Shown: positions 1 through 8,328 of the stretch, piece by piece | Layout: every line of letters starts with the position of its first letter | How positions within the stretch are numbered: the stretch's first letter is position 1 | Source of the DNA: Bacilli bacterium | GTDB taxonomy: Bacteria; Bacillota_I; Bacilli_A; RFN20; UBA1709 | Assembly: GCA_050949315.1 (NCBI GenBank) | Contig: JBMNFL010000001.1 | Coordinates: 864,001-928,000, forward strand | DNA: 64,000 nt | Direction of reading: 5' to 3' | Position numbers and translations under genes: made by a program | The notes under the pieces: generated by a model | Told to the model about the DNA's origin: nothing | The model's database searches: none | The model's input: only the letters and a program-made list of their open reading frames with translations

Positions 1-357
1 TTCTTTCAACCAGTCGGCAAACTGCTGCTTCGTCCATACAACTCCTGTCAGCACATATCCCTCTGAGCATACATGAATATCGGTGGGCGATTCGGTACTG
101 CGGGCAAAGTAGTACGGCGTTCCATCAAATTCAAATGTAAAGAAGATAGTGTGATTGCCAATGTGCTTCACACCATCACTGACAAGGTACGAGTTGCCAC
201 CAAAAGCAAAATCAATGGCAAGCATGGCAGAGGATTTTCCGATTGAGTTTTCGCCATCCTCTTTTCCGAGAACGACGTTCAATCCCTCTTTGAAGCGGAT
301 TGGAGGTCGTTCTTTTCCTTTTTCCTTAAAGACCGGCGAGGTGATTTCTATAAGCAT
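1..357 (-). CDS. ABC-three-component system ATPase (DUF2326-like), N-terminal part, runs off window
   Basis: Hand translation from ATG at 357: MLIEITSPVFKEKGKERPPIRFKEGLNVVLGKEDGENSIGKSSAMLAIDFAFG, an SMC/ABC-type start with Walker A-like GKSS; overlaps stop of upstream small gene. Confidence 0.8.
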   Translation of the reverse strand, partial: MLIEITSPVFKEKGKERPPIRFKEGLNVVLGKEDGENSIGKSSAMLAIDFAFGGNSYLVSDGVKHIGNHTIFFTFEFDGTPYYFARSTESPTDIHVCSEGYVLTGVVWTKQQFADWLKE

Positions 358-572
358 GAATATACCTCTCCTTTCTCATTGATGTCTATTGCGTTAAGCG
401 CATATAGGCAGTCCATAACCGACAAAAAATCCGTTGCGTCGGAAAGCGAAGGCTTTATCCGAAGATAAAGGTCTTTCACTGCGATTGGATTATCTTGTAC
501 CTCTTTGAGCACCGTTGGAATCATCGCCAAGGTGCTGTTTTTATATGAATACAGCTTATTCGGTAATTGCAT
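348..572 (-). CDS. ABC-three-component system middle component (74 aa)
   Basis: MQLPNKLYSYKNSTL...MDCLYALNAI; small protein overlapping both the CTD gene and the ATPase gene, the typical ABC-3C order. Confidence 0.75.
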   Translation of the reverse strand: MQLPNKLYSYKNSTLAMIPTVLKEVQDNPIAVKDLYLRIKPSLSDATDFLSVMDCLYALNAIDINEKGEVYSCL

Positions 573-1689
573 CGAACACCTCACAGCTCTGCACGAAGTA
601 CGAAACCACAATCTGGCAGAAAATTGCGTCCTGTAGCGTAACACGATGTATTTTATCTGCGATTTCATTGAAGATTTCGAGATGCGGTTTGTTTGCCTTT
701 TTTAGTTTCTTATACAATGCGTGAATCTGGTCTTGGATTTCATCGTAGTCAATTTCGCCGCTTTTATCCAGATTTATCATTATTTCTTTTATGCGTATGA
801 AGTATGTGGTGACGTAGTTGGTTACCGCATTGTAAAGCACCATGTCCTGAGACGGGCTAAGTTTCTGCTTGACTTCCTTTGGTTCAAAGGAAGCATCAGA
901 CAATTCCTTTTCCCCGAGTTTCCGTATTCTTTTGATTACGCCGACAATGCCCTTTTCCAAAGGCAGGTCATCAAGAAGACGGATGCTTTGTTTATGCGTA
1001 GACAACACCGTTTTTATTTCCTTTAGTTCAGCCATCAACTTCTTGCTGTCATCAAGGAGATATGTGGCATAGCACTGCGGGCACATTGCCATGAGGTTTT
1101 CGGGCGTAGTCGCTTTAGATTTATCTATCAAGCTAACTTCAAATGTATGAATGGCTTTTCCGTTTTTTGAAATAGTTAGCTGCCTCCCGCACCCCGGGAA
1201 TGGACAGCACCCATCTGTTTCTGCAAGTAAATAATCGCCGTACTTTTTCTTCAAATCGGATGCAAGAATCTGTTGCTGCTGTTTCTGGAGTTCATCCTGC
1301 GGAATCAGCCCAGCAGACTCCTGAATAATTTGTTCCAGCCATTCGGTGACTTTTTCTGCAACATTATCTGCATTTATGGTCGGTTCATAACCGACTAAAT
1401 CCTCTGCAAATAAAGCCCTTGAAGCGGGGCTTCGCTTGCTTATGCTCCGTGTAAGTATTTTAGGTGTTAGATGATACACGATATTTCCCGCTAAATTCTT
1501 GGATAAACCTCGTTTTACATAGCTGCGAATGGTGTTATCGCTGAGTTTTGCGGAAGGGTCTTTACCCTTTGCCCAGTCAGCCTCAGATACAGTCGTAATC
1601 TTTGCCATTAATTCGCGGAAAAAATACGGCACATCATCACCGTCGGCTAAATGCTTTTTCATAATTGGGAAAAGTGTTTTGAATTCCAC
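556..1689 (-). CDS. ABC-three-component effector/CTD protein with degenerate HNH-like Zn domain
   Basis: GTG at 1689 with AAGGAG upstream; CPFPGC...NLMAMCPQC; C-terminal IVVSYFVQSCEVF resembles ABC-3C CTD ends. Confidence 0.7.
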   Translation of the reverse strand: MEFKTLFPIMKKHLADGDDVPYFFRELMAKITTVSEADWAKGKDPSAKLSDNTIRSYVKRGLSKNLAGNIVYHLTPKILTRSISKRSPASRALFAEDLVGYEPTINADNVAEKVTEWLEQIIQESAGLIPQDELQKQQQQILASDLKKKYGDYLLAETDGCCPFPGCGRQLTISKNGKAIHTFEVSLIDKSKATTPENLMAMCPQCYATYLLDDSKKLMAELKEIKTVLSTHKQSIRLLDDLPLEKGIVGVIKRIRKLGEKELSDASFEPKEVKQKLSPSQDMVLYNAVTNYVTTYFIRIKEIMINLDKSGEIDYDEIQDQIHALYKKLKKANKPHLEIFNEIADKIHRVTLQDAIFCQIVVSYFVQSCEVFDAITE

Positions 1690-1717
1690 GTCGGCTCGAC
1701 ACTCCTTTACTGAGATT

Positions 1718-1747
1718 TGCACCACGGTGCACTATGGTGCACCAAAC
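1718..1747. repeat. Three imperfect 10-bp tandem repeats, candidate operator
   Basis: TGCACCACGG TGCACTATGG TGCACCAAAC in the divergent intergenic region. Confidence 0.5.
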
Positions 1748-1989
1748 CATCCCCAGATTTCGAAGCCCCATTTTATATAATGAGAGCAGGTTAGGAACGG
1801 AAGGCGCTCCTGAGGAAACCCCAAATATAGTATATCACACTTTTGTCCAAAAGTCAAATATTATGTTTGAAAAAAGGATTAAATATTTCCTTGCGCATTC
1901 ATTCCATAGCCCACCATCAAATGGTGCGTTCCCTGATCTGGAACGGCTCAACGCTATGCGACGGTAGAACTTAATACACTCAGCTGACT

Positions 1990-2117
1990 ATTGAGCAGGA
2001 AGCTGCATTCCGAAACGGAGCAATCTGTGAAGGACTGCGGTATGGTATCTTATTGCCATTTTTCAGCCAGCTGCTGCAGACCTCCGTTTCGAGACAACGA
2101 AAACGGAGGTCATTTTA
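1990..2117 (+). promoter_or_regulatory. Structured 5' leader with RBS-sequestering hairpin
   Basis: GACCTCCGTTTCG (2079-2091) pairs with CGAAAACGGAGGTC (2098-2111) containing the GGAGG RBS; alternative partner CGAAACGGAG at 2011-2020. Confidence 0.55.
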
Positions 2118-2504
2118 ATGAAAATTCAATGGAACTTTGCAGACGGCACGAAATCCGAGGTCGAGGTCAATGAGGAGCTTGGGGAATTTATCACCGCATC
2201 GCGGCGCGAGGAGGACAACCTTAGTCGCAAAGAACGGTATCACTGTTATTCGTTGGATGCCATTCTCTTTGAAGGGAAGGAATACGGGGACAACCACACT
2301 CCCGAAACAGAAGTGGAGACAGCGGAAAGAAACAAGCGCCTTTATGCTGCAATGAAAACGCTGACGGCGGTACAGCAAAAGCGTTTGCTTATGCTGGCGG
2401 ACGGGCTTTCCTTGCGGGAAATCGCACGAGTCGAGGGCGTAGATCATCGTGCTGTCCGCGAGTCTATCGACAGCGCGAAGAAAAAAATCAAAAAAGTGTT
2501 CTGA
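2118..2504 (+). CDS. Sigma-70 region 4-like HTH transcription regulator
   Basis: C-terminal LTAVQQKRLLMLADGLSLREIARVEGVDHRAVRESI HTH; GGAGG RBS. Confidence 0.8.
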   Translation: MKIQWNFADGTKSEVEVNEELGEFITASRREEDNLSRKERYHCYSLDAILFEGKEYGDNHTPETEVETAERNKRLYAAMKTLTAVQQKRLLMLADGLSLREIARVEGVDHRAVRESIDSAKKKIKKVF

Positions 2505-2583
2505 GTACCTCCCCAAAACACCCTGCATTTCTCCGTATGCCGAGGGACACACAAAAACGTCCCTCGGAAAGGACGGATGAAAG

Positions 2584-2781
2584 ATGAAGCACGATTTAAA
2601 GATCAGCGTTTCCAAAAAGCCCGCCGAAGACGGCGTCGTCAGATGCCAGCGTGTCACCATGCGGGAACGATTGCTCCGTTACCTGTTCGGCGAGAAGCGC
2701 CGGGTGATGGTCATAGTTCCCGGTGACACCGTAGAGAGCGTTTCCATCACGGAATTGCCCGGAGGTGACGAGCACCGATGA
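2584..2781 (+). CDS. Conserved phage hypothetical protein
   Basis: 65-aa ORF, ATGA overlap with next gene. Confidence 0.7.
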   Translation: MKHDLKISVSKKPAEDGVVRCQRVTMRERLLRYLFGEKRRVMVIVPGDTVESVSITELPGGDEHR

Positions 2782-2972
2782 AAAAAGACACTGCTCCGCT
2801 GCTTCCAATGCCGATCAAGGCAAAGCCCTACGCGCATCAGGTCGCCGCTTTCAATTTTGTTTGCGAGCTGTTTGGTCTGGTTTCGACGGGAGGTGATTCC
2901 GATGACGAAGGTCACGGTGAAATGCGCCCTGTGCGGGAAAGCATTCCAACGGTCGGAAAACCAAATCCGTGA
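2778..2972 (+). CDS. N-terminal fragment of SNF2 helicase (Q-motif)
   Basis: PMPIKAKPYAHQVAAFNF matches the helicase Q-motif that normally precedes Walker A; GGAGG RBS. Confidence 0.65.
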   Translation: MKKDTAPLLPMPIKAKPYAHQVAAFNFVCELFGLVSTGGDSDDEGHGEMRPVRESIPTVGKPNP

Positions 2973-3324
2973 AAACAACTTCTGCTGCCGAGAGCATTTT
3001 TACGAATGGAACTCACAGCGCATGACCGAGTACAACCGCACGGATAACCCCATGAACAAGCCCGGCGGCGTATTAGAGTCGCGTGTGAAGCGGAGTCGCA
3101 AGCTCCGTGGCACCGGCGAGGGCAAGGCGTATCCCAAGCTGCTCGGCAAACACGCGCACCGCAGAATCGCAGAAGCCATACTTGGCAGACCGCTCAAAAA
3201 GGGTGAAGTCGTCCACCACATCGACGGCAACAAGCTCAACAATGACCCCGCAAACCTCGAGGTGCTCCCGTCACAGTCGGAGCATTGCAAAATCCACGGT
3301 TTCGGGAAGAAAAAAGGCAGGTGA
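2902..3324 (+). CDS. HNH homing-type endonuclease with N-terminal Zn-ribbon
   Basis: HRRIAEAILGRPLKKGEVVHHIDGNKLNNDPANLEVL...H intact HNH motif; CALCGKAF...FCC; RBS GGAGGTGA. Confidence 0.88.
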   Translation: MTKVTVKCALCGKAFQRSENQIRENNFCCREHFYEWNSQRMTEYNRTDNPMNKPGGVLESRVKRSRKLRGTGEGKAYPKLLGKHAHRRIAEAILGRPLKKGEVVHHIDGNKLNNDPANLEVLPSQSEHCKIHGFGKKKGR

Positions 3325-3329
3325 TGTAA

Positions 3330-4674
3330 ATGAATATTTCCAGAAGTCAGGGCGTCGCTCTCTTAATGGAAATGGGTTAGCACCGGGAAAACGCTGGTGT
3401 CCATCGCCGCAGCAGGTGCGCTGTATAACGCCGGACGCATCAAACGAGCACTGGTCGTAGCACCGTTGTCGGTCGTCGGCGTATGGGACGAGGAGTTCGG
3501 TAAGTTTGCCGCCTTTGATTATACCCTCGCCGTGCTCAAGGGCAGCGGCGAGAAGAAGGCAGATACGCTCCGGCACATGACCGGCGACGCGCTGCAGGTG
3601 GCTGTCGTCAACTACGAATCGGCGTGGCGCTTGGAGAAGGAGCTCGCAGCATGGCGTCCCGACCTGATCATCGCCGACGAGGGGCACAAAATCAAGACAC
3701 ACAACATCTCGGTGTCCAAGGCGATGCACCGGCTGGGCGCAGCGGCAAAATATCGGCTGCTTTTGACAGGAACGCCGGTCACGAATAAGGCAATCGACGT
3801 CTTCTCCCAGTACAAGTTCCTCGACCCGCGCATCTTCGGACAGTCGTTTTACAGCTTCCGCAACACCTATTTTTACATGACCGGCTACGGCAATCATACG
3901 CCGGTGCTTAAAAAGTCGATGGAGCCGGAACTGACACGCCGTATGCACAGCATCGCGTTTCGGGCGACAAAGAAGGACTGCCTTGACCTGCCGGAAACGA
4001 CCGACATCATCCGCAAGGTTGAGCTGGAGCCGAGGGCGGTGAAGCTCTACCAAAGTCTCGTGCAGGAGAGCTACGTCGAGCTATCCGAGGGCGAGGTCAC
4101 CATCACCAACGTGCTCACCAAGCTGCTGCGACTATCGCAGCTCACGGGCGGCTTCATCGGAAGCGACGAGAGCAGTGCCGCCGAACAGGTATCAACGGCG
4201 AAGCTCGACGTGCTGGAGGACATCCTCGACGCGGCAATCGAGGAGAACCGCAAGCTCGTCGTAATCGCCCGCTTCGTACCGGAGCTTGACGCGATCTGTG
4301 CCATGCTCGAAAAGAAGCGCGTTAACTATTCGCTCATCAAGGGCGGCGTAAAAGACCGCGACGAGCAGGTCGCCCGATTCCAGAATGACCCCGATGTCCC
4401 CATTTTTGTCGGGCAGATCGCAACCGCAGGTCTTGGGCTGACGCTCACGGCGGCAAGCACGATGGTCTTTTACTCGCTGGACTACAGCATGAGCAACTTC
4501 GAGCAATGCAAAGCCCGTATTCACCGCGCCGGTCAGCGGATGCCATGTACCTACATCTATCTCACCGCGCAGGGCACGGTCGATGAGAAGGTACTCAAAG
4601 CCCTGAAGAACAAGGCGAACCTTGCCAAAACGCTGGTCGATGACTACCGCTACGGCAACAACCCATTTATGTAA
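3330..4674 (+). CDS. SNF2-family helicase main body, frame-interrupted at Walker A (16-aa ORF 3330-3380, then +1 frame 3382-4674)
   Basis: ALLMEMG(TAG C)TGKTLVSI; DEGH, LLLTGTP, GLGLTL, QCKARIHRAGQ motifs; either recoded or a pseudogene. Confidence 0.8.
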
Positions 4675-4688
4675 AGGAGCATATCACA

Positions 4689-5111
4689 ATGGACAATTCA
4701 GAAAAAATGTTTGAACTCGCAGACCGGCTTAAGGCACTGCGGGACGAGAAAAAGGATGCCGAGCAGCGCGTCAAGAAGTTAAACGCCGCGCTCGACGAAA
4801 CCGATGCTGCGCTGGCGCAGCTCATGACTGATACCGAAACGCAGAACTTCACTCGCTCCGGCACGATGTTCTGCCTCACCAACACAACCCGCGCATCGGC
4901 GACTGCCGACCGCAAGGACGAGCTATTTGAAGCACTTCGCGCAGAGGGCTACGGCGGACTGGTTTACGAGACCGTCAATGCCAACTCTCTCTCGGCTTTC
5001 GTGCGGGAGCAGATATCCGAGAATGACGATGTGTTACCCGACTGGCTTGAAGGGCTGGTCAGCGTATTCGAAAAAACCACTGTGGGCGTTCGTAAAGCGC
5101 CCAGCAAATAA
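4689..5111 (+). CDS. Phage replication-module hypothetical protein (coiled-coil)
   Basis: 140 aa, AAGGAG RBS, position between helicase and SSB-like gene. Confidence 0.75.
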   Translation: MDNSEKMFELADRLKALRDEKKDAEQRVKKLNAALDETDAALAQLMTDTETQNFTRSGTMFCLTNTTRASATADRKDELFEALRAEGYGGLVYETVNANSLSAFVREQISENDDVLPDWLEGLVSVFEKTTVGVRKAPSK

Positions 5112-5132
5112 TGAAAAGGAAGGTATTTCACA

Positions 5133-5909
5133 ATGAAAAACAATGAAAACACGGCACTTACCACTACGAACAGCGCGTTTATGGCACTGAAGGACTTCAA
5201 CCTGAACGACGCGCTCTCCGAGGAGCTTTCCGGCTTGTCCGGCAGCTTCGAGAGAATCAAAATCCCTGCCGGAGGCATGACGTTGTTCGAGATACCCGGT
5301 GAAAACCCCGACAGCCCTGAAACGGTCAAGGAGTTTTCCGCAGTTATCCTGCACCATCATCCGCTGTATGCCTACTACACGGACAAGTATACCGGCGGCT
5401 CCAACCCGCCCGATTGCGGCAGCTTCGACGGCGTTACCGGCGAAGGCAACCCCGGTGGCGACTGTGCCAATTGTCCGTATAACAAATTCGGCTCCGGCGA
5501 GAACGGTGCAAAAGCGTGTAAAAACCGCCGCCGCATCTACTTGCTGCGAGAGGGCGAGATTTTCCCGATGATTCTTTCACTTCCGACCGGCTCTCTCAAA
5601 GATTTTACTCGTTACATCATGCGATTGCTCTCAAAGGGCAAGAAGTCTAACGCCGTTGTCACGAAATTCACACTGAGGAAGGCGACCAATAACAATGGCA
5701 TCGCTTACTCGCAGGCGCAGTTTACAGTCGACCGCGACCTGACCGATGATGAGTACGCGCTCATCGCAGGGCTAACCGAGCAGGTCAAGACCTTCTCCAC
5801 ACGCGTTGGCTACGATACCGAACCGGCAACGGATGTTCCCCCCGCAGGGATTGCGCCCGCTGTCAATGTTGACCCCGAAACCGGCGAGGTTGTTGAACCT
5901 CTCGCCTAA
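5133..5909 (+). CDS. Putative phage ssDNA-binding protein
   Basis: Cys cluster (PDC...CANCP...ACK), acidic C-tail VDPETGEV, located upstream of polA. Confidence 0.55.
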   Translation: MKNNENTALTTTNSAFMALKDFNLNDALSEELSGLSGSFERIKIPAGGMTLFEIPGENPDSPETVKEFSAVILHHHPLYAYYTDKYTGGSNPPDCGSFDGVTGEGNPGGDCANCPYNKFGSGENGAKACKNRRRIYLLREGEIFPMILSLPTGSLKDFTRYIMRLLSKGKKSNAVVTKFTLRKATNNNGIAYSQAQFTVDRDLTDDEYALIAGLTEQVKTFSTRVGYDTEPATDVPPAGIAPAVNVDPETGEVVEPLA

Positions 5910-5974
5910 ATACACCGCCGCAAGGTCGGGTGGCAGCTGCTGCCCGACCTGTAGCGGCAGACAGGAGCATGAAC

Positions 5975-7894
5975 ATGGATTATAACCTCATATATACATC
6001 CGACGAGCTGCGCAAGTACATCAAGGGCGCGGGCGTTATTGCATTCGACTTTGAGACCGCGCCGGACGATGCTTGGCGGGATGAGCCGAAGGCGGCGCTG
6101 GACGCGCATAAGGCGCACATCGCCGGTATCAGCTTTTCGGTTTCGGAAGGTAGCGCGGTATATTTGCCTATTGCCCATAAGGTCGGAAAAAATGTGCAGA
6201 GCCGCGATGAGCTTATGCAGTATCTCACGACCGCTGTGTTTGAAAACCCCGATGTCGTTAAGGTGGCGCACAACCTGTCCTTTGAGGCGATGTTCCTCTA
6301 TGCGCTGGGCATTGTTGTATGCGAGCCCTGCTACGACACCATCGCGGCGGCGCAGCTCACGCTTAAGAGCAAGTTTGAGTTTCGCGGGCTATCGGACAGC
6401 GGCTTGAAGCTGCTCTCCACCTCGCTATTCGGCGCAAATATGCCGGATTTCAATACGGTGACGGCGGGACGGCATTTCGATGAGATGAACCCTGCCGAGC
6501 AGGAAACGTTGCGCTACGCCTGTGCCGACAGTGATTACACCTTGCGGTTCTACCATAAATTCAATGGCTGGTTTAAAAAGAATCTCCCGCAGCATCGGGA
6601 TATTGTTGAACGGGTGGAATCGCCAACAGCGGTCTATGTCGGTATGATGAAGTACAACGGCGTTCCGATGGATACGGATGCGATGATGTCGAAAAATGTC
6701 GAAGCAGACCGAAAACTGACGGAGTTACGCTCGGCAATTGATGAGATGACCGGCGGCGTGGACATCGGCGCAAACGCCTCGACCTCGGCGTTCAAGCAGT
6801 ATCTGTATACCGACCTTGGATTGCCGGTGCTGAAGACGACGGAAAAGCATCAGGAGGCGGCAGACGACGCAACGATGATACTGCTCACGGAGTATTGCCG
6901 CGAGAATCGCCCGGAGCTGGTGCATCTGTTTGAGCTGGTGCAGGAATACCGCAAGTGGGGCAAGCTCAAAAGCACCTACATCGACGGGTATCTTCACTGT
7001 GTCAACAGCGCCACAGGACGCATTCACCCTGACCTTATACCGCTCGGCACAGAAACAGGGCGCTTCGCCTCCCGCAGTCCCAACCTGCAAAACTGCCCGC
7101 GCAAAGATAACGACCCGATTGGAGTGAGGAATTTCATCGCCGCGCCGGAGGGCAAGCTGCTCATCTCACTGGATTTCTCCCAGATCGAACTCCGCGTGGG
7201 TGCGTTTTACTGCCGCGACGAAAAGATGCTCGAAACCTATCGCGCCGGTGGCGATATCCATGCGGCAACGACCTCGGTTATCTTTCATGTGCCGTTTAGC
7301 GAGGCAGCGGACAAGAATGCACCGCATTACAAGGAGCGCCGCACCATCGCCAAGAACTGCAATTTTGGTGTGTTTTACGGGCTTTTCCCTAGCGGGCTGC
7401 AGAAGACGCTGAAGTTCAAGGCGGGTCTGGATATGTCGAAGGAAGCTTGTGCTGTCATCATCGATAATTTGAAAAATGGTTATCCGCGCTTGTCCGATTG
7501 GCAGGACGAAACCAAGCGTCGCGCTGCCAACACCTGCTATGCGGAAACATGGCTCGGTCGCCGCAGATACATTATAGGAATACTCTCGACCGATTGGGGC
7601 AAGCGCTCCTTCGCCGAGCGCTGCGCCATGAATACGCCGATTCAAGGTACGGCGGCGGATATTCTGAAGCTGGCGATGGGACGCATCGTCGCGGGTATCA
7701 AGGAGCGTCCGTGGCTTAAGCCGTTCCTGCAGATTCACGACGAGCTGGTATTCGAGATACCGGCGGATAAGCTCGACGAGGCGGTCGGCTTCGTGAAGGC
7801 TTGCATGGAGGTACAGCCGTTTACGGAGTTTGATGTGCCGATTATTGCCGAAGCCGCCTACGGGACGAATTTCGGAGAAATGGAGGAATTGTAA
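5975..7894 (+). CDS. Phage family A DNA polymerase with 3'-5' exonuclease
   Basis: AFDFET exo I; TGRFASRSPNLQN; DFSQIELR (motif A); KNCNFGVFYG (motif B); QIHDEL (motif C). Confidence 0.95.
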   Translation: MDYNLIYTSDELRKYIKGAGVIAFDFETAPDDAWRDEPKAALDAHKAHIAGISFSVSEGSAVYLPIAHKVGKNVQSRDELMQYLTTAVFENPDVVKVAHNLSFEAMFLYALGIVVCEPCYDTIAAAQLTLKSKFEFRGLSDSGLKLLSTSLFGANMPDFNTVTAGRHFDEMNPAEQETLRYACADSDYTLRFYHKFNGWFKKNLPQHRDIVERVESPTAVYVGMMKYNGVPMDTDAMMSKNVEADRKLTELRSAIDEMTGGVDIGANASTSAFKQYLYTDLGLPVLKTTEKHQEAADDATMILLTEYCRENRPELVHLFELVQEYRKWGKLKSTYIDGYLHCVNSATGRIHPDLIPLGTETGRFASRSPNLQNCPRKDNDPIGVRNFIAAPEGKLLISLDFSQIELRVGAFYCRDEKMLETYRAGGDIHAATTSVIFHVPFSEAADKNAPHYKERRTIAKNCNFGVFYGLFPSGLQKTLKFKAGLDMSKEACAVIIDNLKNGYPRLSDWQDETKRRAANTCYAETWLGRRRYIIGILSTDWGKRSFAERCAMNTPIQGTAADILKLAMGRIVAGIKERPWLKPFLQIHDELVFEIPADKLDEAVGFVKACMEVQPFTEFDVPIIAEAAYGTNFGEMEEL

Positions 7895-8328
7895 TGTGGA
7901 TAGATAAATACAACGCCGAAGGTTATTATGACCCGACGAATTATGAAGCAATGCGTGAGCTTATACGCGAAGAGTTAAAACGCCGATACGGAACTGAATA
8001 TCGTCCGCTCGTATTCATCTGTTCTCCGTTCGCCGGTGACATGGAAGGTAACGCGGAACGAACACGGAAATATTGTCGTTTCGCTGTTGAGCAATATGCC
8101 ATTCCCGTTGCGCCGCATCTGCTGTACCCGCAGTTTATGGATGAGCATGACCCCGACAGCCGCAAGCTCGGTCTTTTCTTCGGACGTGTCCTGCTCGGAA
8201 AATGTCAGGAACTGTGGGTGTTCGGGGATACGATTTCCGACGGTATGAGTTATGAAATCCGTAAGGCGCAGAATCACAATATGCCTATCAAATACTTTAC
8301 CGAGGAATGTGAGGTGAAAACATTATGA
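7894..8328 (+). CDS. DUF4406-like (nucleoside deoxyribosyltransferase-fold) phage protein
   Basis: LVFICSPFAGD...PVAPHLLYPQF...CQELWVFG..ISDGMSYEI. Confidence 0.75.
   Translation: MWIDKYNAEGYYDPTNYEAMRELIREELKRRYGTEYRPLVFICSPFAGDMEGNAERTRKYCRFAVEQYAIPVAPHLLYPQFMDEHDPDSRKLGLFFGRVLLGKCQELWVFGDTISDGMSYEIRKAQNHNMPIKYFTEECEVKTL

Noticed and set aside
2890-3381. Group I or II intron carrying the HNH
   Set aside because: Almost the whole interval is coding, leaving no room for a ribozyme core; no GUGYG..AY ends or P/Q/R/S elements seen
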